Below are positions 1 through 9,200 of a stretch of DNA of 32,594 bases, one piece after another. The first letter of the stretch is position 1. Every line of letters starts with the position of its first letter. The DNA comes from a virus (lineage: Duplodnaviria > Caudoviricetes): positions 1 to 32,594 of IMG/VR virus record IMGVR_UViG_3300012953_000107; one strand, given 5' to 3'. The position numbers were made by a program, and so were the translations under genes. Under the pieces are notes generated by a model. That model ran no database searches. It saw nothing but the letters and a program-made list of their open reading frames with translations, and was not told the DNA's origin.

Positions 1-1912
1 AACTTGGAGAATGAACCGTTGCTCCAGTTCCTACACTTAATGTATCTGCACTAAGAACTTCAGTTTCCGCAATCTGATATACATTACCAGAGAATGTTGT
101 TGCTGTTATAACACCAGCATGAGCTGTGATACCAGTTCCTACTTTAAGAGTATCAGTTACGGTAGTAATACCAGTTACATACAATTGATTAAAGAATGAT
201 GTTCCTGTTGTACTAATACCTGCAATACCATCATCACCACCAGATTGTGCTACCCATGATAATCCACTTCCAGTAGAACTTAGTACTGAACCTGCAGCAC
301 CTACTTGACTATTACTATCCGCAATTTGTCCAGTAGTAAGAACACCAGAAACAGATACATCAGTAGCACTAATAAATCCAACTGTGGTAACACCAGAAGT
401 TACAATTAAACCTCCATTAAATGTCGATAATCCAACAAAGGTGGACAATCCAGTTACATTAAAGTTTCTACCAACTCTTACATCTTTTCTTGCAGTTATA
501 ATTCCAATAGAATCTATATTCTTTACATCATCATATGTTAATGTTCCACCAATAGTAACATTTCCATCAAAATCAGCACCAGCAGCTGTTATAATACCTG
601 TAAATTTAGCACCACCACCAGCACTTACAACTTCAACTTCACCAGAAGAAATTGAACCAGTTTCAGCATTTAAAGTAATAGAAGCAGTTCCAACAGAAAG
701 AATTCCAGTAATCCTAGTATTTCCTTCAACAACTAATGCATTATTTGGATATAAACCGCTTTGAATATATTCGGTTCCAATACCAACTCTTCCTAAACTG
801 TATGGGCCATCAACACCCTGTATCCATGTACTTCCATCAGCAGGTGTTCCAAATGTAAATTTCTTTAGACTATGAATGTATCTTAAATATCCACCATCAT
901 AAGCTGCTGGATTAGTAGCAATACCAACAATATCATCAAGATACTTTAATTGTGTTTCACCACCACCACCTAGTGTTGCTAATTGTTGTTGAATACGATT
1001 TACAAATATTTTATAATGATCTTGTAATTGATCAAGAGTAACATAGTTTTTATCAAGTGGAGTTAGTGGATCTGAATTATCAGATTTTGGTGTTATGTTA
1101 ATAAGACCTTCATTTAAAAATTCTTTCTCATTAAATTTCTCAAATATTTCTTCAAGATATTTAACTTTCTTAGAAAGTTGAATATTTTTTTCTTCTAATT
1201 CATCTAAATTTAATTTATCAACTACTGTTTTAAATTCTTCATGAAAATAGTAAAAATCATTTCTAATATCTTTTTTAACCTGTAAAAAATCTTGATTTTG
1301 TTCTTCTAAATTTTCTTCTAAATTTTTTGTACTTTTAGTAATTTCAATTTCTAAATCAGTAATTCCAGTTTCTAAATCAGTAATTTCAATTTCTAAATCA
1401 GAAATTTTATTCTCTATATTATTTTTATGATCTTCATTAACTACTTTATCTTCATCAATAGATATCTTTAGGTTTTTAACCTCTTCCGCATCAATTGATG
1501 ATTTAATTTCATATTCTAAAATAGATTTTTTATATTTTGGTGCTTCTACATTAACAAAATTATTAATTTTTTCTGCTAAATTAAAAACATTGGATTTTAT
1601 AGTGGTAAGAGTTTTTTCATTAATACAAGTTACATCATCCTTTAATTTATTAATACTTTCTTCAAGTAAGAAAGTATAAGCCATCATTGAATTATCAAGA
1701 TCTTCTTTTTTAATAAAATCTTGTATTTCTGATTTAATATCTTCTACACAATTTATAGTATCTGCTAAATTATCTAACTTGGACAAATTATTTTTATAGG
1801 CATCAAAAGCCTCAGAAAAAGACTGTAATTCTGGCCTTTTTACTAATTCATGAATAGTATCGTCTGATTTATTATCCTCACGAAAAAAATCTGAGGGTTT
1901 CTTTAGTGCCAT
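1..1912 (-). CDS. Partial (3'-truncated by the window edge) putative virion protein: N-terminal coiled-coil region, GGGG hinge, then Gly/Thr/Val-rich fibre-like beta-repeat region
   Basis: Not in the ORF track because it has no stop in the window. ATG at 1912 (3 bp after the gp16 stop). Manual translation gives MALKKPSDFFREDNKSDD...RIQQQLATLGGGGETQLKYLDDIVGIAT...VTGLSTFVGLSTFNGG...VGTGATVHSPS, open to the edge. The function is inferred from composition and context. Confidence 0.8.
   Translation of the reverse strand, partial: MALKKPSDFFREDNKSDDTIHELVKRPELQSFSEAFDAYKNNLSKLDNLADTINCVEDIKSEIQDFIKKEDLDNSMMAYTFLLEESINKLKDDVTCINEKTLTTIKSNVFNLAEKINNFVNVEAPKYKKSILEYEIKSSIDAEEVKNLKISIDEDKVVNEDHKNNIENKISDLEIEITDLETGITDLEIEITKSTKNLEENLEEQNQDFLQVKKDIRNDFYYFHEEFKTVVDKLNLDELEEKNIQLSKKVKYLEEIFEKFNEKEFLNEGLINITPKSDNSDPLTPLDKNYVTLDQLQDHYKIFVNRIQQQLATLGGGGETQLKYLDDIVGIATNPAAYDGGYLRYIHSLKKFTFGTPADGSTWIQGVDGPYSLGRVGIGTEYIQSGLYPNNALVVEGNTRITGILSVGTASITLNAETGSISSGEVEVVSAGGGAKFTGIITAAGADFDGNVTIGGTLTYDDVKNIDSIGIITARKDVRVGRNFNVTGLSTFVGLSTFNGGLIVTSGVTTVGFISATDVSVSGVLTTGQIADSNSQVGAAGSVLSSTGSGLSWVAQSGGDDGIAGISTTGTSFFNQLYVTGITTVTDTLKVGTGITAHAGVITATTFSGNVYQIAETEVLSADTLSVGTGATVHSPS
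1338..1400. repeat. 3 x 21-bp tandem repeat encoding heptads (DLEIEIT/DLETGIT/DLEIEIT)
   Basis: gtaatttcaatttctaaatca / gtaattccagtttctaaatca / gtaatttcaatttctaaatca, read directly from the sequence. Confidence 0.9.
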
Positions 1913-1915
1913 TAT

Positions 1916-2368
1916 TTAATTGTTTTTATTATCAGTCTGTGTATTATTATTTAGAAACCCTTTTTTAAGTAGTTTTGAAAGTTCTGATGTTGAACCAACA
2001 AATAATGAATTATTAGTAACAGTATTTGGTTGTTTATTTATTTCCTCATCAACATCCTTTACTTTCTTTTGTAATTCCATTAATTTATCAGTTGTATCAG
2101 CAACCGATTTAATAATTTGGCCTGCAACTTCATATGCTCTTGGACTTGCACTTTCACCTGCTAATTCCATTATACCATTAAGAGATTCTTGTCCTTTTTC
2201 AATTAAGGAGTATAAATTAGCACGGGTATAATCATAATCTTTTTTAATATCATCACTTACATTTTTTAATTGATCTTGTCTTTTAACACAACCATTTTCT
2301 GGTATATTATTAACCTCAATAGCATTACTAATATTTAATGCCTCATCAATAGGATCATAACTAGACAT
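1916..2368 (-). CDS. gp16: Terminase small subunit (T4 gp16-like)
   Basis: Motifs DYDYTRANLYSLIEKG, SPRAYEVAGQIIK and NNSLFVGSTSEL are typical of cyanomyovirus gp16. It lies directly after gp15. Confidence 0.9.
   Translation of the reverse strand: MSSYDPIDEALNISNAIEVNNIPENGCVKRQDQLKNVSDDIKKDYDYTRANLYSLIEKGQESLNGIMELAGESASPRAYEVAGQIIKSVADTTDKLMELQKKVKDVDEEINKQPNTVTNNSLFVGSTSELSKLLKKGFLNNNTQTDNKNN
1948..1954 (-). promoter_or_regulatory. Possible variant late promoter (CTAAATA) for the downstream fibre-like ORF
   Basis: The minus strand reads CTAAATA about 35 bp upstream of the ATG at 1912. It is a short AT-rich motif inside gp16, so it could be chance. Confidence 0.35.
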
Positions 2369-2371
2369 AAT

Positions 2372-3169
2372 TTAAATATCCTTTCCTTGTGTTGGGCTAT
2401 AAGTTTTATTATCTGCAAATTGTTCCCAACTTTCACTAAAACCAAAATCATCAGCAGGACCAGCATCAGCAGGAACTGGAGTTGCAGTATATCTCATTTC
2501 CCTTTTAGCAGTCTTAGTATTAGTATCTGCATATAAATCAGTTTGAACTTTCTTAATAAGACCACTTGTAGACTCTGCAATAGGACCAAATAGATATGTT
2601 TTTGCAGTAAAATTCAATGTATATATTAATGCTCTTCTAGTAGAAAAATCACCTTCATAATCATCTTGAAATGATATATTATCCAAAATTAAAGGAATAT
2701 CTCTTTTTTCTCCAATTGATTGGACTAAATCGACAGTTAATGTGAATGCTGGTTGAAAATATGGTAAAATTTGTTCTACTATTTGTAATGCATCATCATT
2801 TAATTTAGTAAATATACTCAATTCAAACCCAATATTATAAGGAACAGGCATATAAACCTTCTTTAAATTAGTTCCATCAGATGCTTTGAATGTTTGAGTT
2901 ACACCCGCCTTTCTGCTAGGATCATAACTAACAGAATTCATTTCAAATGACATTCTTGGTAATGTAGTTTGAACTGGTTTATTTAAATCTGCCTGTTGTT
3001 CTAATCTGGCAAGAAATTTTTGAGCAGGACCATAAGATAAAGGAACATTAAGTTCACTATAATCTGCACCAGAAGTTTCTTTATGTCTAATACCTATATC
3101 ATTAAAAACCGTACCAAAAGAGATAATAGTTTTTCTGATTATTTCGTGATAGTAATAAGTTCCAAGCAT
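2372..3169 (-). CDS. gp15: Tail sheath stabiliser / tail completion protein (T4 gp15-like)
   Basis: Motifs YYYHEIIRKTIISFGTVFN, VPLSYGP..KFLARL, TLPRMSFEM, PVPYNIGFELSI and QIVEQILPYFQP, plus gp13-gp14-gp15 synteny. Confidence 0.93.
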   Translation of the reverse strand: MLGTYYYHEIIRKTIISFGTVFNDIGIRHKETSGADYSELNVPLSYGPAQKFLARLEQQADLNKPVQTTLPRMSFEMNSVSYDPSRKAGVTQTFKASDGTNLKKVYMPVPYNIGFELSIFTKLNDDALQIVEQILPYFQPAFTLTVDLVQSIGEKRDIPLILDNISFQDDYEGDFSTRRALIYTLNFTAKTYLFGPIAESTSGLIKKVQTDLYADTNTKTAKREMRYTATPVPADAGPADDFGFSESWEQFADNKTYSPTQGKDI

Positions 3170-4599
3170 TAATATGTACCAAATGGATTTGATTCACTAA
3201 AGTCAAGAATTGCATCTGCTTCTGACTCTATATTATCGTTCTGAGCATATTTATCTGCAAACTCAGCTGTCTGAATAAAATCAACAGTGTATTTTGATTC
3301 AGAAGTAGATCCTATTGCAACATCTCCAGCTACAAAAGTACCATTAGTCGATCCTAATTTGAGAATACTAGTATCTTTATCCCAACTCTTAACTCTACCC
3401 TTCGCACCAGAAATAGATCCAGTAACAATTTCATTAAATTGATATGAACCAGAACCAGTAAGTATTGGGGGTGGTGCAACTGTAGCAATTCCTGTTGCAG
3501 TAGTATAACCAATACCCGCATCAGAAATAAGTATCTGAGAAACAGTATTAGCAGTGCTAACAAGTGCTCTTCCTACAGCAGTGCCAATACCAGAAGTTGG
3601 TGTATTGAAATATACTATAGGTTCTGTAGGATATCCACCACCACCATCAGTAATTGCTATTGTTCCAATACCAGCACCAGAAGTAACTATTACTGCAGTT
3701 GCTGCTGCTCCAACACCATGAGTAGTTATAACTCCATTTGTTTGAGTTGTTGTTGCACTCACTATGGTAACAGTTGGAGTTTCAGTATAACCAGCACCTG
3801 GATTTGTTAATAAAATTTCTTTGACAGAATATACATTACTTACATTTGTGGTTATTGCAACAGCAGTAGCATTTAGTCCACCTGCAGGTGCAGTACTAAT
3901 TGAAACAGTTGGAGTTTGTGTATAATCATAACCATCCTGATTTAATATAATATTTCTAACATATCCTGATGTTGTAGTTACGCCAAGAGTTGCTGTAGAT
4001 CCTATGGAAATTAACTGTAATGATGTTATATAACCTTGATCTACCAATACATCATCAATCTCATTACTTGTAGTACTAAGTTGATCCCAACCACCCATCT
4101 CATCTTCAAGTTCAAAGAGTTCACACTGTAATTGATAAACATAATTCTTACCTAATTGATAAAAAGGTTTTTCATGTTCTACAAATTTAACTTCAAAAAT
4201 TCTTTTACCTAATGGAAAATATATTAAATCTCCTTCACGGGGTCTGGAGGAAACCTCTATTTCACTGGAAGGCAGTGCTCCTAAAAAAGGTGCAATAAAA
4301 TCTTCAAACCTTTCTTTTGATATGGTTACTACTAATTCATCTTTCAAACTCATTCCAAACTTAGTCATTATATCACCAGCACCTGTATAACCCTCATAGG
4401 TATTCACATATGCTTCTATGGCAAAATTGTCATTAAAAGTTGATGATTCAAGTTCTCTAAAAATTGTGTCTTTTTTAACTATCTTTCTTGGTAAATAAGT
4501 TACTTCGACACCAAAAATTTTCAACTGTTCATTAATTAAATCTTGAACCAGTCTTTGTTCACTTTGAGACCCTTGTAGAAAATAAGAATTAAGAGCCAT
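3169..4599 (-). CDS. gp14: Neck protein (T4 gp14-like) with an internal repeat insertion
   Basis: Motifs EQRLVQDLINEQLKIFG..V.YLPR, RPREGDLIYFPL, FEVKFVEHEKPFYQLGK and C-terminal DFSESNPFG. Overlaps the gp15 start (TAATG). Confidence 0.92.
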   Translation of the reverse strand: MALNSYFLQGSQSEQRLVQDLINEQLKIFGVEVTYLPRKIVKKDTIFRELESSTFNDNFAIEAYVNTYEGYTGAGDIMTKFGMSLKDELVVTISKERFEDFIAPFLGALPSSEIEVSSRPREGDLIYFPLGKRIFEVKFVEHEKPFYQLGKNYVYQLQCELFELEDEMGGWDQLSTTSNEIDDVLVDQGYITSLQLISIGSTATLGVTTTSGYVRNIILNQDGYDYTQTPTVSISTAPAGGLNATAVAITTNVSNVYSVKEILLTNPGAGYTETPTVTIVSATTTQTNGVITTHGVGAAATAVIVTSGAGIGTIAITDGGGGYPTEPIVYFNTPTSGIGTAVGRALVSTANTVSQILISDAGIGYTTATGIATVAPPPILTGSGSYQFNEIVTGSISGAKGRVKSWDKDTSILKLGSTNGTFVAGDVAIGSTSESKYTVDFIQTAEFADKYAQNDNIESEADAILDFSESNPFGTY

Positions 4600-4603
4600 A
4601 ATA

Positions 4604-5449
4604 TTATCCTATCATATCTAAAGGTGGTAATTCATATTGAGAAGACATTTTTTCTCTAAGACTTTCAAGTTCTCTTTCTGCATCTTCGTAAATCTCTCTT
4701 CCGTTCAATTCAATACCACCAGGAAGTTTAACACCTCTAAATTTAATTAAATTTTGCCCCCATTGACGTTTAATTAATTGTGTTAAATATCTTTTAAGAA
4801 AACTATCATTATACACACCACTAAATTGAGTAGGATCTAATGCCCTGTGACAATCAATGACAAAATAAGTATCTACACTTTGTGACGACCAATCAATATC
4901 TAAATATAATCTATCTTGTCTTTTATTAAAACGTATTTGTTTATCAGTAGTTAATAAAAAATCAATATCCTCCAAATAACTTTTTACCATTGCATATTGA
5001 AGAAGTTCAACTGAATTAAAATAGTATAGATCATTTAAAAATAATTGATACTTAATACTAAACATACCACCAGAAATTGAACTGGTATCAAATTTAAATA
5101 TTTTTTCTATACCTATTACAGAATCGGGAACTTGAATAAAATTAGAATTTTCATAAAAACTTGATGTAATAGTTCCCATTCCACTTACATTAGTAGAACT
5201 TGCTGTTGTAGTTACAATACCAACTCCTGTTGTTCCAGATGCTTTTCCCCTATCTATATCATCTTGAGATACTTTATACTTTAAAAACATCCTTTCAACA
5301 CCGTCAAAATGACGTTCATTGAAGAGTTGTAGAGCGTCATCCACTGCATCATCTATTTGATCATCATCAACATTAACTTCCAATACAGGAGCACCTAGCT
5401 GCCTTAAACAGTAATCTATCAATTCTTGTCTAGTTGTTGGTTTTGCCAT
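4604..5449 (-). CDS. gp13: Neck protein (T4 gp13-like)
   Basis: Motifs RQELIDYCLRQLGAPVLEVNVDDDQIDD and KRQWGQNLIKFRGVKLPGGIELNG. Confidence 0.93.
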   Translation of the reverse strand: MAKPTTRQELIDYCLRQLGAPVLEVNVDDDQIDDAVDDALQLFNERHFDGVERMFLKYKVSQDDIDRGKASGTTGVGIVTTTASSTNVSGMGTITSSFYENSNFIQVPDSVIGIEKIFKFDTSSISGGMFSIKYQLFLNDLYYFNSVELLQYAMVKSYLEDIDFLLTTDKQIRFNKRQDRLYLDIDWSSQSVDTYFVIDCHRALDPTQFSGVYNDSFLKRYLTQLIKRQWGQNLIKFRGVKLPGGIELNGREIYEDAERELESLREKMSSQYELPPLDMIG

Positions 5450-5652
5450 TAGAATAATCCTCCATCTATTAATCCCGCAGTAAGTGTTCCAGTAATAGTA
5501 GCTATACCAGATACATTTAGACTAGTAACTGAAGCAATTCCACCGATAACATTTTTTGCATTATTAACAGTTAAATCAGTCCCAAGACCAGCTTGAGCAG
5601 AAATAATTTTTATTGCATTTTGTTGCCCAACTCTAACTTTAATATCAGCCAT
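5449..5652 (-). CDS. Small putative virion/fibre-associated protein (67 aa)
   Basis: TAATG-coupled at both ends. Contains the fibre-like segment SLNVSGIATITG and a C-terminal IDGGLF. Confidence 0.75.
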   Translation of the reverse strand: MADIKVRVGQQNAIKIISAQAGLGTDLTVNNAKNVIGGIASVTSLNVSGIATITGTLTAGLIDGGLF

Positions 5653-5990
5653 TATCTAGTTACCCCTGCTCTAACCAAAACACTACCTTCAACAACTGTT
5701 GTTTTAGTCTCTCCTACTGTAATAACTATATCATAAACATATCTACCAGCTTTTAGTGTAGAAGTTTGAGCAGATGTTAATGATATATCTATTCCCCCAT
5801 TAGTTGGGGCACCATTAATAGCAGCAGTCAAATCAGTCTTTGATGAACTACTGGCATGTTTTCTAATTTGAGCAGCTGGGGTAGCACCAGTCAAATCATA
5901 TGCAGAATTAGTTTCTGTTGCTTCTAAATTGAATGTTTGTGAAAAACTAGTTCCCGTATTAATTACAAGATTACTAACATATACGGCCAT
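5652..5990 (-). CDS. Putative virion structural protein, Ig-like beta-sandwich (BppU-N-like adaptor)
   Basis: The pattern DLTG....AQIRK...ISLT..QT..L..GRYVYDI......VVEG...V...VTR is typical of phage fibre-attachment Ig-like proteins. It is preceded by a late promoter. Confidence 0.75.
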   Translation of the reverse strand: MAVYVSNLVINTGTSFSQTFNLEATETNSAYDLTGATPAAQIRKHASSSSKTDLTAAINGAPTNGGIDISLTSAQTSTLKAGRYVYDIVITVGETKTTVVEGSVLVRAGVTR

Positions 5991-6017
5991 CTATTTTGAT
6001 ATAATATCCCTACTTCT

Positions 6018-6025
6018 TATTTATA
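6018..6025 (-). promoter_or_regulatory. T4-type late promoter TATAAATA
   Basis: Exact consensus in a 42-bp intergenic gap, 27 bp upstream of the ATG at 5990. Confidence 0.8.
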
Positions 6026-6032
6026 TTGTATT

Positions 6033-6236
6033 TCAACCAGCACTATTATCTAGTAATTTTCTAAGAAGAATTTTTAATTCATCAATATCTTCTCTCATTT
6101 GTTTTAATTCATTTTTATCATTATGAATAGATGATAATGTTTTCAATCTTTGATTATATTCTAAATTATTAGAATTTATAATAGCACCAGATTTTTCATC
6201 TCTATATAAATGTGGGTATCCTTCAACTTTTATCAT
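6033..6236 (-). CDS. Small hypothetical protein with C-terminal coiled coil
   Basis: IKVEGYPHLYRDEKSGAIIN followed by a heptad-like tail. Its start overlaps the stop of the upstream giant gene. Confidence 0.8.
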   Translation of the reverse strand: MIKVEGYPHLYRDEKSGAIINSNNLEYNQRLKTLSSIHNDKNELKQMREDIDELKILLRKLLDNSAG

Positions 6237-9200
6237 TTAAGTGCAATAGTACGAAGTTCTTTAATTCTTACTGGATAAGCTTGATTAGTTCCAGACATAA
6301 CAATTTTAATTTGATATGCAGTAAATTCTCCCAAATTATCTGCAGTAAATTCATATTCTAAAAACTGATTATCCAAACTTGCGGTAACAAAAGCATCTGA
6401 TCTACCATTATTATTGGCAGCATTTATCACTTTATCACCAAAACCATCTCCAGTTGTATCATCTAGATTATCATAACCAGGGAATAATTCAAATTCTTGT
6501 GATACTCCAACAGAATCTGGTCTTCTTAAAGAATAAAGAACTCTAAAATCTGAAGAACCACTTCTATACGCAGAAAGAATAACTTTTAATCCATCCGCAG
6601 GTTTATTTAAAGAAACCAAATTAGATACATAAATTGCACTATGTGGATCAAAAAATCTAGAATTTACTCTACCATCACTAGCATAATCTGATATTGGATT
6701 ATTCATTCTATTAGTTCTAAATTCAGTGGTAGAATTTTCAAGATTTATTATGGGAGATACATTTTCATTGGTTGTTTCAAATCTTATCCCTGTTGTAAGA
6801 GATTTATTTCTTTCAATATTACTTAGATATTCATTTTCATTAACTTTAGAGCATATAATTCTAGGACTATTTAATCGATTTAATTGATTTAATTGTATTG
6901 GTTCAAATCCCTGATCTATAAATGATACTTCATTACCATCAATACTAGTTCCACTTACGGTTCTTATTGTTGCTGTTGTACTAGTAACATCTGATGGTGC
7001 AAATAAATCATACTTAGGAATTAATGCCTCATATTGTATATTTCTAGTTGCTGTTCCTTCAGATTCACCAAAGAATCCCTCACTATCAAAAGTAAGAGTA
7101 AGATCTAACGGAGCTACATCATCAGCACTTCTATTAGTACCATAATTTGTATCTGTAATATCCAATTCAACATTATAACTATCCAATTCAATATCATTTG
7201 CTGATATATTATGAGTTCTGTTTATTCTCCTAAGAGATACTCCGTTCAATTCGTATTTTTCTACAATTGTTTTACCTATATGAAGTTCATTATCTGTAGC
7301 CTGAACACTTCTTGTAATAGTTCCGCTAAGAACCCCAATTCCAACTGAAGTATAACCAATAATTTCTTGGCCAATTTTTACATATCCTGGATTATTATTA
7401 CTTACAGGAAGACCTTCAAAAATACTAAGATCTGGAACAATGGTTGAAGCAACACTAATTGTTCCTGTTTCATTTGCTGCTAAGGGATTATTGATAGAAG
7501 TTTTTGGTAAATTACTCTTAATATTACTCAAAATTAATTTATTATTAGTTCCATGCATTCCATGATCAAATTGATTTACTTTAAAGAACTGTCCTGTAGC
7601 AGAACCACCGTCTGAAACAAAATTTGTTAATAATTCTATAGATGTTTGAGTTGCTGATATATCACCATCTTTGAAGTAGGAAATATTAGTTCCTTTAGTA
7701 AAGGTTGATCCATTCATATTTGAAAGGTATAATGTATCAACACCTGTAATTGCATCAATAAAAATTAAAGCATCTCTACCCTGCTTATCTTGAGCTTCTG
7801 CAGTTACAATACCAACCACATCACCTGTAGTGTATCCACTTCCAACATGAGATGTATTTGGTTCAATAGTAGTAATTATTCCATCACTATTTGCAGTAAT
7901 ATCTACTTTTAGATCTCTACCCTGCCCAATAATATTATATGTACTTACATTATTTTTTGATCTGTAATTAACACCACCTGTGGCAATTCCAAGAGTAGCA
8001 ACACTAGAACCTGTACCAACAACAATTCCATTTATCGTAGTATTTAAAGAATTTGCAATTTTTCTTCCTCTAGAGTATGAACTGATACCAACACTATCAC
8101 GAACAGTGTCAATGCCAATATAACCTTTTCTAGGAATTGTATTAATAGGATTACTACCGATTTTGGTAATATATCCATTACTATTGTCTAGTGATGGATT
8201 TGCAAAAAATGCACTTCCAGGAGTGGTTGAAAATTTTGCTTTATATAATTTAAATTTTAAATCTTCTAATTGATCAGGAGTCCAAATAGATCCATTTTGA
8301 GATTTAAACAAACTACCCAAAGACCATTGTTGACTATATACAACTTTCTGAACATCAGGAAGATTTTGTGTTTCTTGAGTTGTTTCTCCCATTCTTCCAA
8401 TCCAAACTTCATATTCAACACTTGAAGGGGCAAGAAGAACTAATGCATATTCTTTTCCAGGTGATAAATAAATTGGTTCTGGGAATTTAAAATTAGTGGG
8501 AGTATCTCCTGTAGTAGAAGTTAAAACATCATCAGGTCTTAATGTTACTGGATTTCCAACACGAACTCTAGTAGGAGTTCCTAATTCAACAGTACGAATT
8601 TCAGCAGTTACTGGATTATTTTCACTATCTTTATTTGCAAAAAATATGTCGGCTGAAGTTACAAATACACCGTGATCATCATCATTTAATCCAATTTCAG
8701 GTGATGGAGCTTCCACAACACCACCAACAGTAAATGATTGTGCAAGAGGATCATCATAAAAACTAATAATAGTAGTTCTATTTAAAGTAGTATTTGCTGT
8801 TTGAACTTGTCTTGTAGTAAATGTACCTCTAGATTCATATAAACTTTGTCCAGAAGAAATTAATTTACTACCTCTTAATGGTGTAGCATTAATTTTACTT
8901 GTTGTAAGTCTATATATTGCTTTACCCGAATCTATTACAACACTTGGTTGTGGATCTGTATTTGGATCTCTTAAAAAGAAGCATCCAGTTAAACCACCAC
9001 TTTGATCGGAAATTAATCTCAAATCTTTAACAAAGGCAGCTGCTTTACTATTTTGTCCAATTAATTTCATCCCTATTTCAAGGTATCCACTATATAAACC
9101 TTGAGCTTCAGATGCCAATGAAAAAGTATCAACATTCAATACCTTAGAAGAAGTTGTATATGTATCTTGTAAGAGTTCATTAGGAACATATGGATTTTGA

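Noticed and set aside
1338-1400. Possible mini-CRISPR array
   Set aside because: The repeats are contiguous without spacers and in frame within a CDS.
3354-3563. Alternative-frame minus-strand ORF inside gp14 (similarly 21765-21953 inside gp7)
   Set aside because: Leu-rich off-frame translations typical of AT-rich coding DNA, with no independent support.
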